The notes below the pieces were generated by a model that saw nothing but the letters and a program-made list of their open reading frames with translations, was not told the DNA's origin and made no database searches. The translations under genes and the position numbers were made by a program. A stretch of DNA of 64,000 nt, taken from contig OZ024742.1 in NCBI GenBank assembly GCA_964016885.1, positions 358,546,001 to 358,610,000 of the forward strand, written 5' to 3'. This DNA is from Eledone cirrhosa (Eukaryota). Shown here piece after piece: positions 13,526-26,700 of this stretch (positions are counted from its first letter, which is position 1; every line of letters starts with the position of its first letter).

Positions 13526-14634
13526 ATGCTCTTCAAAAGTGAGCCCCTTGCGAAAAAATACTCAGTGACTCCGGTCACCTCTGCCACACTCACCCTTTTC
13601 ACTACATACATGGGAAAAAGAACACAAAGAATAAACATTACCAATATTCCACCCAATATTAACATCTGGTGGATTCTGGCAGGGTTCTTGGATGAGGATG
13701 AAGACACAAAACTGTCGATTCAAAAATCCACAAGAAACACCTTGAACGGCACAAGCTTGGAAATTTTGGTCCAAATGAAACCGGACAGAATTTCAAAGAT
13801 ACCAGAAAGGATGCCTGTAGACAATACAAACTATATACAGATTTCGGCAGAAGGGGAGGCCACATTGTTTTAAATACGCAAGCACATCGCATTTAAAGGC
13901 CTCCTGTCCCCTCTTACGACCCCCCCCCCCCACAAAAAAGTACTTTTACCAACACCAACTCCAAAACCACGACAACAACAACATTACACAAAACATGCAA
14001 ACACACAAAAACATACAACTGTTCAACCACAAACAACAGAAAAAACACAAACAATTCCCCTGAAAAACACAGTCCCACCTCATGCCACTCCATCTAACAC
14101 TACCACAATCACACACACAAACACACCATCACCACACAACATACCCCTCCCATACGCCTCTGATGACGATTCATAACCAGACGAGGCTACTTCTCCATCC
14201 CCAAATGAAGATGAAGGAGAGCCTCGGAAATCAAAAAAACAAAAAAAGAGACACCGCAAAGCCACAAAAACAACAATCACCAACACGAACACACAACCAC
14301 CAACACAAACAACAACACAGACACCACCACAATCACCCCCCCCCCCCCACACACACACACCAGCAAAACAAACAACAACACCACCCCATAAATGCCCACC
14401 ATAAGAAGAAAAAAAAACAAACCAAATCAACACAACAACAAAAAAACAACAATACACATACATTAACACTGATAGAAACCTATCAGAAATTGAAAGAACA
14501 GTTTTCACAGGACATTGGCAACCCCTGCCAAAAACCAATAAACCGTGTTGAAATGTTTCCCCACCCCACTCAACACCACCACCAGAACTGAAATGGAGAT
14601 TGAACAACCCGATCTCCAGGAAACGAAAAGGTAA
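13526..14634 (+). pseudogene. L1/Tx1 ORF1 remnant (zinc knuckle plus low-complexity tail)
   Basis: After a frameshift at ~13855 it reads GRPHCFKYASTSHLKASCP, a CX2CX4HX4C knuckle with one Cys changed to Tyr. A T/Q/P-rich tail ends about 40 bp before the ORF2 ATG. Confidence 0.65.
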
Positions 14635-14675
14635 GTGCACCTTTTCGTCCTTTTCGCCAACTCTTCTCCACCAAC

Positions 14676-17600
14676 ATGGCTGACTTACGAGTTGGAAGCG
14701 TGAATGTGAGTGGCCTAGGGATGCCCTGGAAACAGGGCCAACTTTTAAACGACCTTAGGTCACAGGGTATAGATGTAATAGCCATCACAGAGTCCAGGAT
14801 CCACAACAGGCAACAGCTAACCCCCATCTTCAATGACTTTGAGATCTATGCATCTCTCTGTCAGCCGGGAGGTGGGTGGGGGGTGACTGTCATGTTTCGG
14901 AAAAACCTGGATCTCGAAGTACAGCAAGTACACTTGGACCCGGAGGGTAGACTGGTAGTCCTAGACGTGAACAGTATTAGAGGTGGAGCCTTCAGACTGG
15001 TGGCCGTTTATGCCCCAACCGGGCAATCACAATCGCGTCAAGACTTCTTTAAACGTCTAGAGTATTTTCTGGGAACATCTCACTCCTTGCTTTTAGTGGG
15101 CGACTGGAATGGTATCCTAAATGCACGATGGGACTATGTGGGAGCATGTCCCAGTAGAGCGGGTGCAACAGCTTAAAAAATCTAATCGGCAAATTCCAAC
15201 TGGCCGATAGATATCGACTAGATTTCCCGACTGCACCACAGTGGTCATGGGCAAATCACAGCGGGACATCTAGATCGTATCTAGATAGGTTTTTCATTAG
15301 AGAGAAGGACAAGAAGATGTTAAGCTGTCCACAAATGCATCTGGTTGCCTATTCAGATCACAAACTAGTCGTTTGCATAGTCATCCGTGATAGAATACAT
15401 AGACAAGGACCCGGATACTGGAATCTGAACGTGTCGTTGCCGGCACGAAAAGCCTACAGTGAACTGATAAGTAGATTAGTTAAGCAAGAGTTGGCGGGAA
15501 CCATCGTCAACAATAGATGGTGGTACTCTCTCAAGAGAGCAATTAGAGTAGAATCGATAAGGTTAAGCAGAGAATTAGCTTTAGAGAAAAACAAATCAGA
15601 AACAGAACTAGCAGCCAAGGTAGAAAAGGCGCTTAGGAGTGGCAACGGAGCTAGAGTGTTAGCAATTTGAACGACACTGGACCAGTTCTTCGACGCGAAA
15701 CACAAAGGCTGTGTGGTCAGAAGTAAATCACGTGCTCTAGGAAACGAGGGAGCAAAAGCTGTTAGCTGGACCCCAGTGGCGGAAGCGAAAAGTGGCAACA
15801 AGTCCACGATTCGGTCTTTGAAAGACCAAAACGGACGCGTGCTACTTGACCCCAGGCAGATGTGCGCAACCTTTCAGCGGCACTTTGCGCAGCTGTTTGA
15901 GCAGAACGAGGGTGCACCGAACGCGGCAATGGACTTTGGTTCATATCGCGACGGCCTGCGGCATCTCTCGAGCATGGATGCCAAGTTCTGTAAAAGACCT
16001 ATCACAGCCACTGAGATACAGGACGCTATGGGCCGCTACGGGAAACGCAAATCACCCGGTCTAGATGGTCTACCGTATGAGTTTTACATAGGCATTCCGG
16101 ACTTGTTCTCTGGCGTCCTCGAAGCCGTATACTGCAATTGGCAGCAGAACGAGACAATTCCCAGTTCTGCAGGAAGGGCGTAGTAACACTGATCAGGAAA
16201 GACGAGAACAAGGGGGACGAAATAAACAATTTCAGTCCCATAACTCTGCTCAACACAGAGTTAAAGATTTGGCCAAGGTGCTAACAACGAAGCTTGCGCT
16301 TGTCGTCGAAAACCTGGTAGGGAAAGCGCAAACGTGTGTAATCCCGACGAGGTCCATACACGACAACTTTCACCTCATGCGATACATCATAGAGAGGGGG
16401 CGTAAACCCGGCTTCGGTGGGGCTCTGCTCAATTTAGATCAGTCTTAGGCATTCGATAGGGTCGACCATCGATACTTGGAAGCAGTTCTCAAGGCGGCCG
16501 GTTTAAGCCCCATTTTCAGAGGCTGGATCAAGGCGATGCACACTAGTATCTGCTCGAAGGTCAAGGTGAACGGCTACCTATCGGAGCCGTTCGCAATTAC
16601 GCGTTCTATTCGACAGGGATGCCCTCTCTCCTCCATTATGTACGTATTGACTCTAGAGCCAGTACTGCGGAAGTTGGAGTTTTTGCAAGGCATCCCTTTA
16701 GAACCGGGACTACGAAAAGCGGCGTCGGCTTATGCCGACGACGTGACGGTAATGGTGTCGAAACCTCGGAACTCAAGGTAATCGGCAACCTTCTACAGGA
16801 ATACGAAAGGTTCACAGGAGCAGAACTGAACCCGGACAAGTCTGTCGGTTTGCAACTCGGAATGTGAAGAGGTAAACCATGCCATCCGACAGCGTCGTCA
16901 GACGCTGGACGGAAGGACCAGTGAAATTGCTCGGGGTCTGGTTCGGTCCAGACCTCCAGGTGGAGAAAAAACTGGAACGAGGCCATGGCCAAGTTATTTG
17001 CGCTCACACAGAAGTGGGCAGAGTGAAAACTGTCTTTGAAAGGTCGAGCTGAGGTGGCGAACACTTTCATAGCGTCCGTCATCTTCTACCGCTTGACTGT
17101 CGTGCCTTGTCCCCGTGAATACCTCACCAAGATTGAACGCATGCTCTTCCAGTTCCTGTGGAAGAAGCAGGCTCCACTGGTGAGGAGATCCGTCTGCTGG
17201 CAACACCCTTCCAACGGAAAGCTGGGCATGCCGTGGCTAATGATGCGCAAATATGCACTGAGGCTACGGCATCTTCAGGTATTCCTCACCGACCAACCGG
17301 TGTGGGCACCGGTTGTGAGACAGGCCTTCCCACAACTTGTCTCGCTGACGGAGCTGCAGTCCTGGGTCAAGTGAAGACAAAAGAAGGTGCGTACCTGGCA
17401 CATTGAATGCGCCCAGGCACTCACAGTCCTCTGTCAAGCGGGCACAACAATCAGTGGAGACTCCACTTCGACATTCTATAGAGGGTTAGTACTTTACAAG
17501 TGTGACGACATGATCGGGAGACTCTAGGCGTCGAAGACGACGATCTCACCAGTCTGTTCGGTAGGACTTTCTGCCGAGGACCTGTGAACAACCTCCAGGG

Positions 17601-18111
17601 GTGCCTGGCCGGGCAGTGCTACCGAGGAGCTCTACCCGTTCGAGACAAGATCTACAGGCACGGATGCCCCGGCAGGGATCCTTCCAAGAGGATGTGTCCA
17701 AGATGCGAGCAGGACATTGAAACCGTCTTGCATGCAATTGTACACTGCCCGGGTGTAAGCGACCTGTGGAAATATGCAGAACAACTGCTGTCACGTATGG
17801 AACAAATTCAGTTGACTGCCTAGTCCATAGTAAGGATCAAATCGCCAATCTCTTTCAAAAACGAAAGAGAGTCGGTTTTCCTCTGTACAGTGGCTATGGT
17901 GAAAGAGGTTATATGGTGGATGAGATTGAGAGGACTGAGGACAGATGCCTTTCTCTCCGGACAACAATTGATTCTCTTCTTTAAGTATCACTTTAGAAGG
18001 AGAATCAGGGTGGAGAGAGAGGCACTGCACCCCAGTAAATTTACTGAAAGGTGGGTGAATGAAGCGAAAATGGCCCGAGTGATTGGGGTTTCTCTGTTTA
18101 TAAGCCTGTAG
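14676..18111 (+). pseudogene. L1/Tx1 ORF2: APE endonuclease, reverse transcriptase and CCHC finger; many stops and frameshifts
   Basis: GSVNVSGL, AITES, VYAP, VGDWN, SDH (APE); KSPGLDGLPYEFY, RQGCPLS, AYADD (RT); CPRCEQDIETVLHAIVHC. Confidence 0.92.
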
Positions 18112-18449
18112 GTTAAAGAAGAGAGCAAAAGGAATAAAGGAGCACTTGCAGAACACGCTCCTGAAGTTGAGGGTTGTTCTATCGACGGGATATTAAACAA
18201 CCCATTTGTGGCGCCTCCCCCTATTGGGGATTTCGATTGTTATAATTGTTTGTTTCAATATTTTTGCACGACTGTATGTGAAATCCCCGGCATGTGTCTT
18301 TGTATTGTCCCCTTTTCTTGTGCGCCCTTGTGGCAAATAAAGAAATATATCTTATGAATGTCTCATGTTCATACAACCTACACACTGCAGTATGTTTATA
18401 TGAGATTAATATGTGATTTATTTGAGAGTGTTTGTTGTAGAGTTGAACT

Positions 18450-18708
18450 TTAACCCTTTTGTTATCATTACATTTCAAACTTGAAACCTTCCCTGGTTTT
18501 ATGATACAAAACTATTTGTTTTAAAGTGTTTATATTTATCTAAACTCCTGCCTTCATAATATTCTGAAAAGATAAATATAACATTATGTCTTAAACAGTA
18601 GAAATTTAGTTATGTTACTAAATCCCTCCAAATTCTTGAATATTTCCAAAATTATTTGGAAAACTTAAGTAGCAACGTTCATTAGAAATGTGGTAACAAA
18701 ATAGCTAA
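18450..18708. mobile_element. piggyBac-like MITE (decayed)
   Basis: TTAACCCTTTTGTTATCA ... TGGTAACAAAATAGCTAA imperfect terminal inverted repeats. Confidence 0.5.
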
Positions 18709-18942
18709 TGTTTTGTTAGTCTGTGATTTGCATGCTGCTGCAGGAGAAGGATTTCCGGCAACGTGTTTATTTATGGTAATAACTGGGTAAAGGGCCCTGT
18801 ATGATGTTCTCTGATAAAATGTCCCACTTCAGTTGAGTTTATGGAAATTTATTTTAAAATTTATTTTTCAACATCTAAGTAAACCTTTTATTATTGGCTC
18901 ATGAGAAGAAGTAAAAGTACCTTCCATGGCGTTTAAGTCTGA

Positions 18943-19326
18943 TATCATCATCATTATCATCACCGTTTTACGTCCGTTCTTCCACGCTAGTATGGGTTAG
19001 ACGAGTTGTCCTGTTGTGGGCAGTGTCCGGTCGTCTGACCTTGTCTTGCTCATACAGGAACTGATTTTAGCTTGATTTCTACAGCTGGATGCCCTTCCTA
19101 ACACCAACCTCATTTACAGTAAGTGCTGGGTGCTTTTTTTCCGGTGCGCCTACATATCCACTTTACAGTGTGGGTTGGGTGCTTTTTTGCCGTGGCACCT
19201 CCACGACCACTTTGCAGTGGGATGATATGGACCCCAGTCCTATCATCTCATTTCTACAGCTGAGTAAACTGGAGCAACCTTTCGATTGCAAGCCCAATGC
19301 TCTAACCACTAAGCCATGCACCTTCA
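18943..19326 (-). mobile_element. Composite SINE: tRNA head (B box deleted), partial CORE, two 49-bp-type units, RTE-like 3' tail
   Basis: 19229-19326 matches 10791-10953 with an internal deletion. 18943-19220 is the reverse complement of 7763-10138 with the array at about two units. Confidence 0.85.
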
Positions 19327-19496
19327 ATAGTATGATAGTATGAGGGAAATAAAGTCATGCTGAAACCAAAGATGTAATAGCAGCACAATGTTTAGGTGTC
19401 TGAAACTTGGTGCTAAAGCCATGACTCAAGAATTTATGGCAGAATTTAAAATCAAAGCACAAAGAGCAAGGAAAATATTACAAGGTGTCCCAGCTA

Positions 19497-19712
19497 ATCA
19501 TTATCATCATCATCGTTTTAACATCCATTTTTCCACACTCACATTTGTTGGATGGGTCCTTTCAGCAAAGCATCACTCTACTTCTTATATCATCTGTGAG
19601 TCTCAGTGATTTGAAATCAACTCTCACCACCTCTACCTAGGTCTTCCTTGGTCTACCTCTACTGTGGCTACACTTACCACTGAAATATCCTGGCATTTCT
19701 TTACCCAAGGAT
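19497..19712 (-). mobile_element. RTE 3' fragment
   Basis: (CAT)n tail plus GGTCTTCCTTGGTCTACCTCTAC (reverse strand: GRPRKT), as in 30260-30582. Confidence 0.7.
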
Positions 19713-20004
19713 CAAAATGTGCTCATGATTCTGCTCAACCTATTTTCCCAGATTAGTAATTTAGTCATCAATTCTGGAAGGCAAATTTGACTGAGGCAGG
19801 ATTTGAATGCAAAATGCAAAGAGCAAGGAAAATATTAAGAGACATATACCATGAATACATGGGCCATACATGAAGAAGATTTGCTTTGGTTAAAAAGAAA
19901 TGTACCTGGAATGCTTCTTTCTGTCAAACATAAGAACATGAGAGTGTGTAGAACCCTATTATTTTGGATATCCCAATTTCCACAGACACCATGGATATGT
20001 ATGA

Positions 20005-20118
20005 GAAGAGAGAGAAAAAAAAAGAGAGAGAGAGAGTTACAGAGAGTTATAGAGAGATACAAAGAGAGCGAGAGATACAGAAAGAGAGAGAGAGAGAGAT
20101 ACAGAAAGAGAGAGAGAA
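20005..20118. repeat. (GA)n-rich microsatellite
   Basis: Direct reading. Confidence 0.9.
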
Positions 20119-21538
20119 CTGTTTTGCCCTAAAATGCCATATTCCCCTTCTCACTAATGCAGACAACCATCAGTTTCTGTGGCATTTCCTTGTCTATCTT
20201 TTTTAGCACTATTGTAACCGTCTTTGGTTAAATTCCTGCTGCACAGGCATCAACAAATAGCAATAAACAATATATTTCTTTCTAAATGGGGAAAATATAT
20301 AACAATTAAATTCCCCTGAACTTTCTTGTTATAACAACAACACAACAAATATAACACATTTCACTTACATAAGAGAAAACAAGTGAAATATAAACTGCTG
20401 CTTTAAGACACATCTTTGCACAGTAAATCCACAATAATAATTATGATAATCATAAAATGAGCATAATCGCCAGTTAAGTATCATGTATTCTTCAACTTAA
20501 AATAACAAAATTTTGAATGTTCAAAATTAACAGAATGTAAATGCAACTTAGTGAAAGTTGCTTAGGTTTAGGTTTCAGAGACAGTAATAACATAAAATAT
20601 TCAATAAAAATGTCCACTTAACCACTAATCTGTACATATGTGAAGGGAAAAGTTTTAATGAGCTGAGATAGTGTTGTTATTCTTTCTTTCACACCTTCAT
20701 TTTACTTTCCCTTTAAAAACACCAGCTACATAAATGTAATTGAAGACTTGTTTCTCATTATATTGATTTTATATATTTTTTGACAAATATCAGTTGTTTT
20801 TTAGTGATAAAGACTTTTCTATTACTGAAAGGTGATTATTTTCCTCAATCATACTTCAAAAGACGAATTAGTGAACACATCACCAATACTGAATATTTAA
20901 AATAAAACAAAAAGGCAGAGAGTTAAGCTTGGCAACAATTTGACATAGAGAAGCCATTGGGGAAATGACAAATTCAAATATCTAACTTCGATTAACAGTT
21001 GAGGAAAGAATGTTTATTCGAAATTCTTATAGAATATACATGGTTACAAAAGACAATATCTAACTGAAACCAATGTGGAAGTATATAAATAGAAACTATG
21101 TACTGAGCTTATATTGATAGGCTATTGAACTTATATTGAAACGATGGTAAACATTAAGTCAACATTAAGTTAAACATTAAGCCAATAAGAAATTGAAATT
21201 GAGTGTACATTGATTTGTTGTTCATTTTATATTGATTAGACTTTGAGATCATGTTCATACTATATTGATCTTTATGTCAGTATTTTGTTGATATAATATT
21301 AACTTTTCATTGATGGTAGTTTCTTAAACTTATATTGATGTATTGATAGGCTTTTATTGAGAGCACATTGCTCTTGTGGGGATATGAACTAATATTGTTT
21401 ACATTGTTATATTTGGGGAGGTCATGTTGTCCTAATATTGCCAAAATATAGTAAAACACACTCACTGTTTGGTTTTCACTTCAATATCTTGTTATATTTT
21501 TAAAAATAATTTAGTTGACAATCAATGTTTATCATTGA

Positions 21539-22752
21539 CTAGCAGAAAAACTGCCCTTCAGGCAGTTTTCTGTTCGCATGTGTTGTGTGCATATTGGTAT
21601 TATACACAAATATATATCATCATCATTTAACGTGTATCTTCCACGCTAGCATGGGTTTAGTAATATGCATATAGATATATGTAAATTCAAAAGTAAATTG
21701 ACAATATCTTCTTCACCCACTTATTTCTGAGAAGGTCGTGGGGGCAGAGTCCTTCTCAAACACTCCTTCCAGCGAGTCTGTCAGTAGCAAACATCTCTAA
21801 CTGATCCAGCTGGATCCCAAAGCGTGACCAGCCAAGCTCATGGATGTTATCCAACTATCTTGCTCAGGGTCTACCTCTGGGTCTCTTGCCGGTTGGTTTT
21901 GCCTGTAAAATGTGTCCAGTGATTCTTTACTGAGACATTCTAACCACATTCTCATAATATCGGAATTGTGATCTCTCAATTCGGAGAAGTAGCGGCTCTA
22001 CAAGGAGTGACTCTCTGATCTCTGTATCCAATTTATGCCACTTTTATTTCCAATTGTATTCTTTTTGTCATTACTCAAGATTCATGATCCTCGGTAAGAG
22101 TTGGCAGGAATACCAGGGAGACAGCGAGTTTGGCTTTTACACTTACCATATTAAATGAGTTTAAAAAAAAAGAGTTAATAAACAAATAAAGAGTTAATAA
22201 ATAAATAAAACATCATACTTTTTTACCCTCCCATTTCCAATTTCACCGAACGCTGCTATCATGGCTGTATGTGTGTGTTTGTGTAAATGTATGTGTGAAT
22301 GTATGTTTGCTTGTGTGAAAGTATGTGTGAATGTATGTGTATTTGTGTGAATTATGTCCATGAGAGTGTATTTTTATAAGTTTGTGCGATTATAGTTATA
22401 TACTCATAATAGCTATATACTCATACATATAGATGTATGTATATGCACACTCATACACATCAGGTGTAGAAAATCATAATCTCTCTATGTCTCTCACTAC
22501 ACACTCTCTCTTTCTATATTGTATATGGTAGTTGAAGTGGTGGTGGTCGTGACGATATACCGGATGTGCAACTTTGAAAAGAAGTCAATTTTGAATTATT
22601 TATTTTTGCGAAATTATTTGCTTACGAAATTTAGTACATAAATTATGTAATATTCATTCATTATTTATTCAAAGTAATCCAACTTAATCTAACTGGATTA
22701 AAAGAAATAAACCGTACGCAGTCCCGCAGACCTTCCTTTATTATAGTTTAGA
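21539..22752 (-). mobile_element. Probable non-autonomous Helitron with nested retroposon pieces
   Basis: Minus strand begins A|TCTAAACTATAATAAAGG and ends with hairpin CAGAAAACTGCC-TGAAG-GGCAGTTTTTCTG then CTAG|T, matching Helitron termini and the A/T target. Confidence 0.6.
21735..22140 (-). mobile_element. RTE-like LINE 3' fragment (second family)
   Basis: Reverse strand encodes a broken RPRGRP..WLDNIHEL motif. Homologous to 34586-34960. Confidence 0.65.
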
Positions 22753-22994
22753 TTGACCCACAGTTAAAAATAAAAACATAATGTTTTTAAGTTCTTTCGT
22801 CACATATTTCTGTGACATCTTCAGTGATTATTGCTGTTTCCTCTCATTATGTTTCTATGACGTTTTTCTGTTCTCTGTTTAAACATGCGTTTGTATGTGT
22901 GTGAGTCTGCTTATACATCACTACCATTGTTTTCATTGTTGATATTTTATTAAACTTATATTGAGAACACATGGGACCTCTGGTGATAAGAGCT

Positions 22995-23190
22995 AATATT
23001 GGTTTCTGATATATGCACAAGGCCAACAACTTGGAGGGAGTGGAAAATCGATTAAATCGACCCAGTGCATTACTGGTACTTTATTTTATCCACCATGTAA
23101 GGATGAAAGACAAAGCTAACTTCAACCAGATTTGAACTCAGATCATAAAAGGCTGTAACTCTCCCATAAAGCATGATGTCCGACACTCCA
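22995..23190 (-). mobile_element. tRNA-derived SINE (central domain CTTTCATCCTT..GATAAAATAAAGTACCAG), decayed
   Basis: Homologous to 23329-23436, 39735-39880 and 43341-43460. Confidence 0.7.
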
Positions 23191-23328
23191 TCAACACTGC
23201 CCTAATGTTGATATAGAGTTGCCATTGATCAGTTGTGTTGAGTATACATTGTTATGTTAAACATGTGTTGACTTATTGTTTATTTAAGGTAATATTGTGA
23301 TATTAATTACTCTCATGTCTCAAATAAT

Positions 23329-23436
23329 TGTTTCTATTTTTGGCACAAGGCATTACCCCAGTGCATTACTGGTACTTTATTTTATCGTCACCGTAAGGAT
23401 GAAAGGCAAAGTTAACCTCGGCGGGATTTGAACTCA
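23329..23436 (-). mobile_element. 5'-truncated tRNA-derived SINE with TSD
   Basis: B box GAGTTCAAATCC on the minus strand; flanked by direct repeats CTCATGTCTCAAA(A)TAAT at ~23312 and ~23434. Confidence 0.8.
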
Positions 23437-23663
23437 TGTCTCAAAATAATGGCCTCCCACTCCCTGCTTATTAAATTTTGCTAATCAGTCTCCTGTGAAA
23501 TTGTATTGATTTGTGACATTTTTGGGGATGTATGGTATTGCCGGCTATAGGCAAGCCCCTAGCAGGAATAAAAAGTCATGTCTGTGATGTTTATGCTTAA
23601 GTATCAAGCAATGGCATTACTCGAAATCGAGTTGCAGCCATCTTTATCATGCATGCATGCAAG

Positions 23664-23697
<34 letters not shown>

Positions 23698-23718
23698 TGT
23701 ATGTATATATGTATGTAT

Positions 23719-26700
23719 CTCTTTCTCTTAATTTCGAGTATATTTTTTTGACCGGCCACCTTCCTGGTGGCAAGGTTGTAAAAGAAAAGAAATTGTCATC
23801 CCTTGAATCGCAAGAATGTTTTGCAAATTTTGAAGGTGCCAGCTATCGCAGCCATTTGTAAACTATGAATTAGGGAGCTGCGCTTTTTGTCCGCAAATTC
23901 AAGTTCAGTCATACTTTGGTCCAAGCGGGTTGGTATATAACCCGTAGCTCTAATAATGATGGGTATGAAGCTAAAGGTGTATCTTGGATTTGTAAACTCC
24001 TCATCAATGGTCCGTAGATGTCCTCCTTCTCCTGTATATTTCTGACAACGTTTACATCAAGTGGGCAGCTGATCTCCACAACAGAACACGTTTTCAATGT
24101 GTGGTCCCAAACAACAATATCAGGCCGGTTGTGATTTAATTTGGTGGCAGTTTTTATTTTCAGGTTCCACCAGTATTCCTTAGAGCCATCTGTCTCAATA
24201 TATTCCTCCTCGTTTGTTGTTAATTTTGTTTTCCGAAGTGCGTTGCAGATGGTTCTAGCTATCCCATCGTGTCTCATGTGGAGGTAGTAGCGAGATGACA
24301 TTCTTTTGCAGCTGGCAACAATGTGGCTTACATCCTCGATCTTTGTTTTACATAGCCTACATTTATTGTCAGCTGCTGGCCCTCCTCTTTTGTGCAGCAG
24401 ATATTTGGTAGGGAGTTCTTGTTCCTGTATTGCATAGAGATATCCCTCAAGGTGTGATGTCATAAACTTGTCAGAACTCCATGCCAGGCTTTTTGAGTTG
24501 TTTATCCCCTCTATGGTCTGTGTTTTACGCCTCAAGTATCCATGCACAACTTTTTCTGTAAATTGGTCAATTTTTTTATCTTGTTTGTACATTGAATAGG
24601 ATCTGATTTCTCTGGGTGAGAGATTTATATCAGGCTTTATTCCATATCTCTCCTCCAGATCAGTTGCTATTCTAATGATATTTTTTTTTTCATGCTCATA
24701 AACCTGGGCAAGATGGTTGCCAACCTTTTTCCTCTGTTGAAGGTGTTGCTTCAGTGTTACTATCCGGGTCTCATATGTTGTTAATATTGATTTTAGACCC
24801 CGGTCACCTTCCTTGCGTGAGAAGTATAGCCTATCCACATCACCATTGATGTTAAATTTCCCAGTAACACTGAGAAGTTTTCGAGTTCTAACATCCATCT
24901 CACTTAGTTCTTGCAATGACCAGTTCAGCAGGCCAAATGTTGGCGTTAGAATTGGCACAGCATAAGTATTGTGGGCAATGTATTTGTTGTATGCTGACAG
25001 TTCTGATGACCATATTTTCTTTACTCTTCTGAGGTATTCAGTTCTGGTTCTCTCCTTATTTATGGGTCCATCATATCTGACATTCTCATCCTGTCCAAGA
25101 TATCTGTAGTTGTCACCTGACTGCAGAGGTTGTATTGTCAGGCCGTTCATCTCTAGATTTCTAGAGGAGGGCACACCTCTTCCACGTTTTACTGCCAAAT
25201 ATGCACACTTGGACTCACCAAATTTCATTTTGATGTCGGTTGAGAATTGTGTAATGAGGTTCAATTGTTTCTTGATGTCATTGATATTTGGCCCATACAA
25301 CTTCAGGTCATCAACAAAGAAAAGATGGGAGATACTTCTGGGCCCACTTCTTTGTCCACCTTGTTTCCTGAGTAGGTAAGATAGTGGATTCAGTGAGAGA
25401 ACGAAGAGCAGCACTGACAAGCTATCACTCTGAAAGATGGCCTTCTGGTAATGTATCTTATCAGTCTTAACTTGCTCCTTCTCACCTCTAAGGATCAAAT
25501 TGGTGTACCAGTTCTTGGTCAGGCATTCAACAGCAGCTACCAATGGTTGTGGGACTTTAGCTAACTGTAAAGCCTTAATAATCCACCCATGAGGTATACT
25601 ATCAAATGCTTTTTGATAGTCCAGCCACACGACAGTCATGTTTCTGCGATTCTTTGTTGTTTTTTCCTGAATCATTTTGTTAGTTAGTAGGTGATCTATG
25701 CAACCCCACACCTCCCTCTTTCCACCAGCTTGCTCAGGTGTTATGATGTTGTTGGTAGCACAGTGATCCTGTAAGAACAGGTTAAGGCACCCAGTATATA
25801 ATTTATACATGATGTTTTGGCAGGCTATTGGGCGGTAATTTTTAGCAAGGGTGGTTTGGCTATTTGGGGGAATGAGGAGAGTAGTGGCAGTTGGTAACCA
25901 TCTGGGCAGTTCTTGTGTGCCTTTAATGGTTTCTGTAAACAGCCGTATGAGATCTTGCCGATAGAAAGTGAAATTCTTCAACCAGTATCCTGTAATGAGG
26001 TCTGGGCCTGGCGATTTCCTATTCGACATTTTCTGTAGAGCTGTTTCCAGTATTGACCCATCTATGTCATATTGTTTTATCTGGACATGTTGGCAGTCGT
26101 CCTGTTCCAGTTCTTTTAGCCAATTAGCTTGTCTGTTGAATCCGTCATCCGTTTCCCATACAGATCTCCAGTAGCTCTCAACCTGTTCTGTTGAAGGGGT
26201 GTCGTTTACAGGGATTGAGCTTTTGCCACCGAAGCTGCGATAAACTGATTTAGGATCTCTGGCAAACAATCTATTTAGCACTTGTCGTTTATGTGCTGTT
26301 GACTTATATTTTAGTCTTTCTGTTGTAGCTGTGAGTTGTTGTTTCAACTGGTGTAATTTGGAGTTCAAAGTTTTAAATTTTGTATCTCCAAATCGTCTCT
26401 CTAACCTTTTCTTTAGGTCTTCCTGGTGTCGTGTGAAGTTGCTCTCTATGTTGCATTTCATAACGACTGCGATGTGTGAGATACTTCGTCTCAGGGACAA
26501 AATTTTGGTTTTTAAATTTCGCATCCACGCTGGTTCAGGCTTTCTGTTTGTATCTTGATTGCGTGGTTTTAGATGTGTGTTATATGATAGCAATGTGACA
26601 GCTGAAACATTATAACAAAACATTAAGCGTTTCAAATGTCGTTTCTACACCTTTAGATCGTATAGCCTTCAGATAATTGCCAGCTATTTCGTTCACCGCT

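Larger units (their letters stand above)
13526..18345 (+). mobile_element. L1/Tx1-clade LINE, 5'-truncated and decayed
   Basis: ORF1 remnant, then ORF2 with APE, RT and C-terminal CCHC motifs; 3' UTR ends near AATAAA at ~18336. Confidence 0.9.

Noticed and set aside
18744-18789. Possible mini-exon (EKDFRQRVYLW*); a similar one at ~36306-36341
   Set aside because: Too short, ambiguous frame and no independent support.
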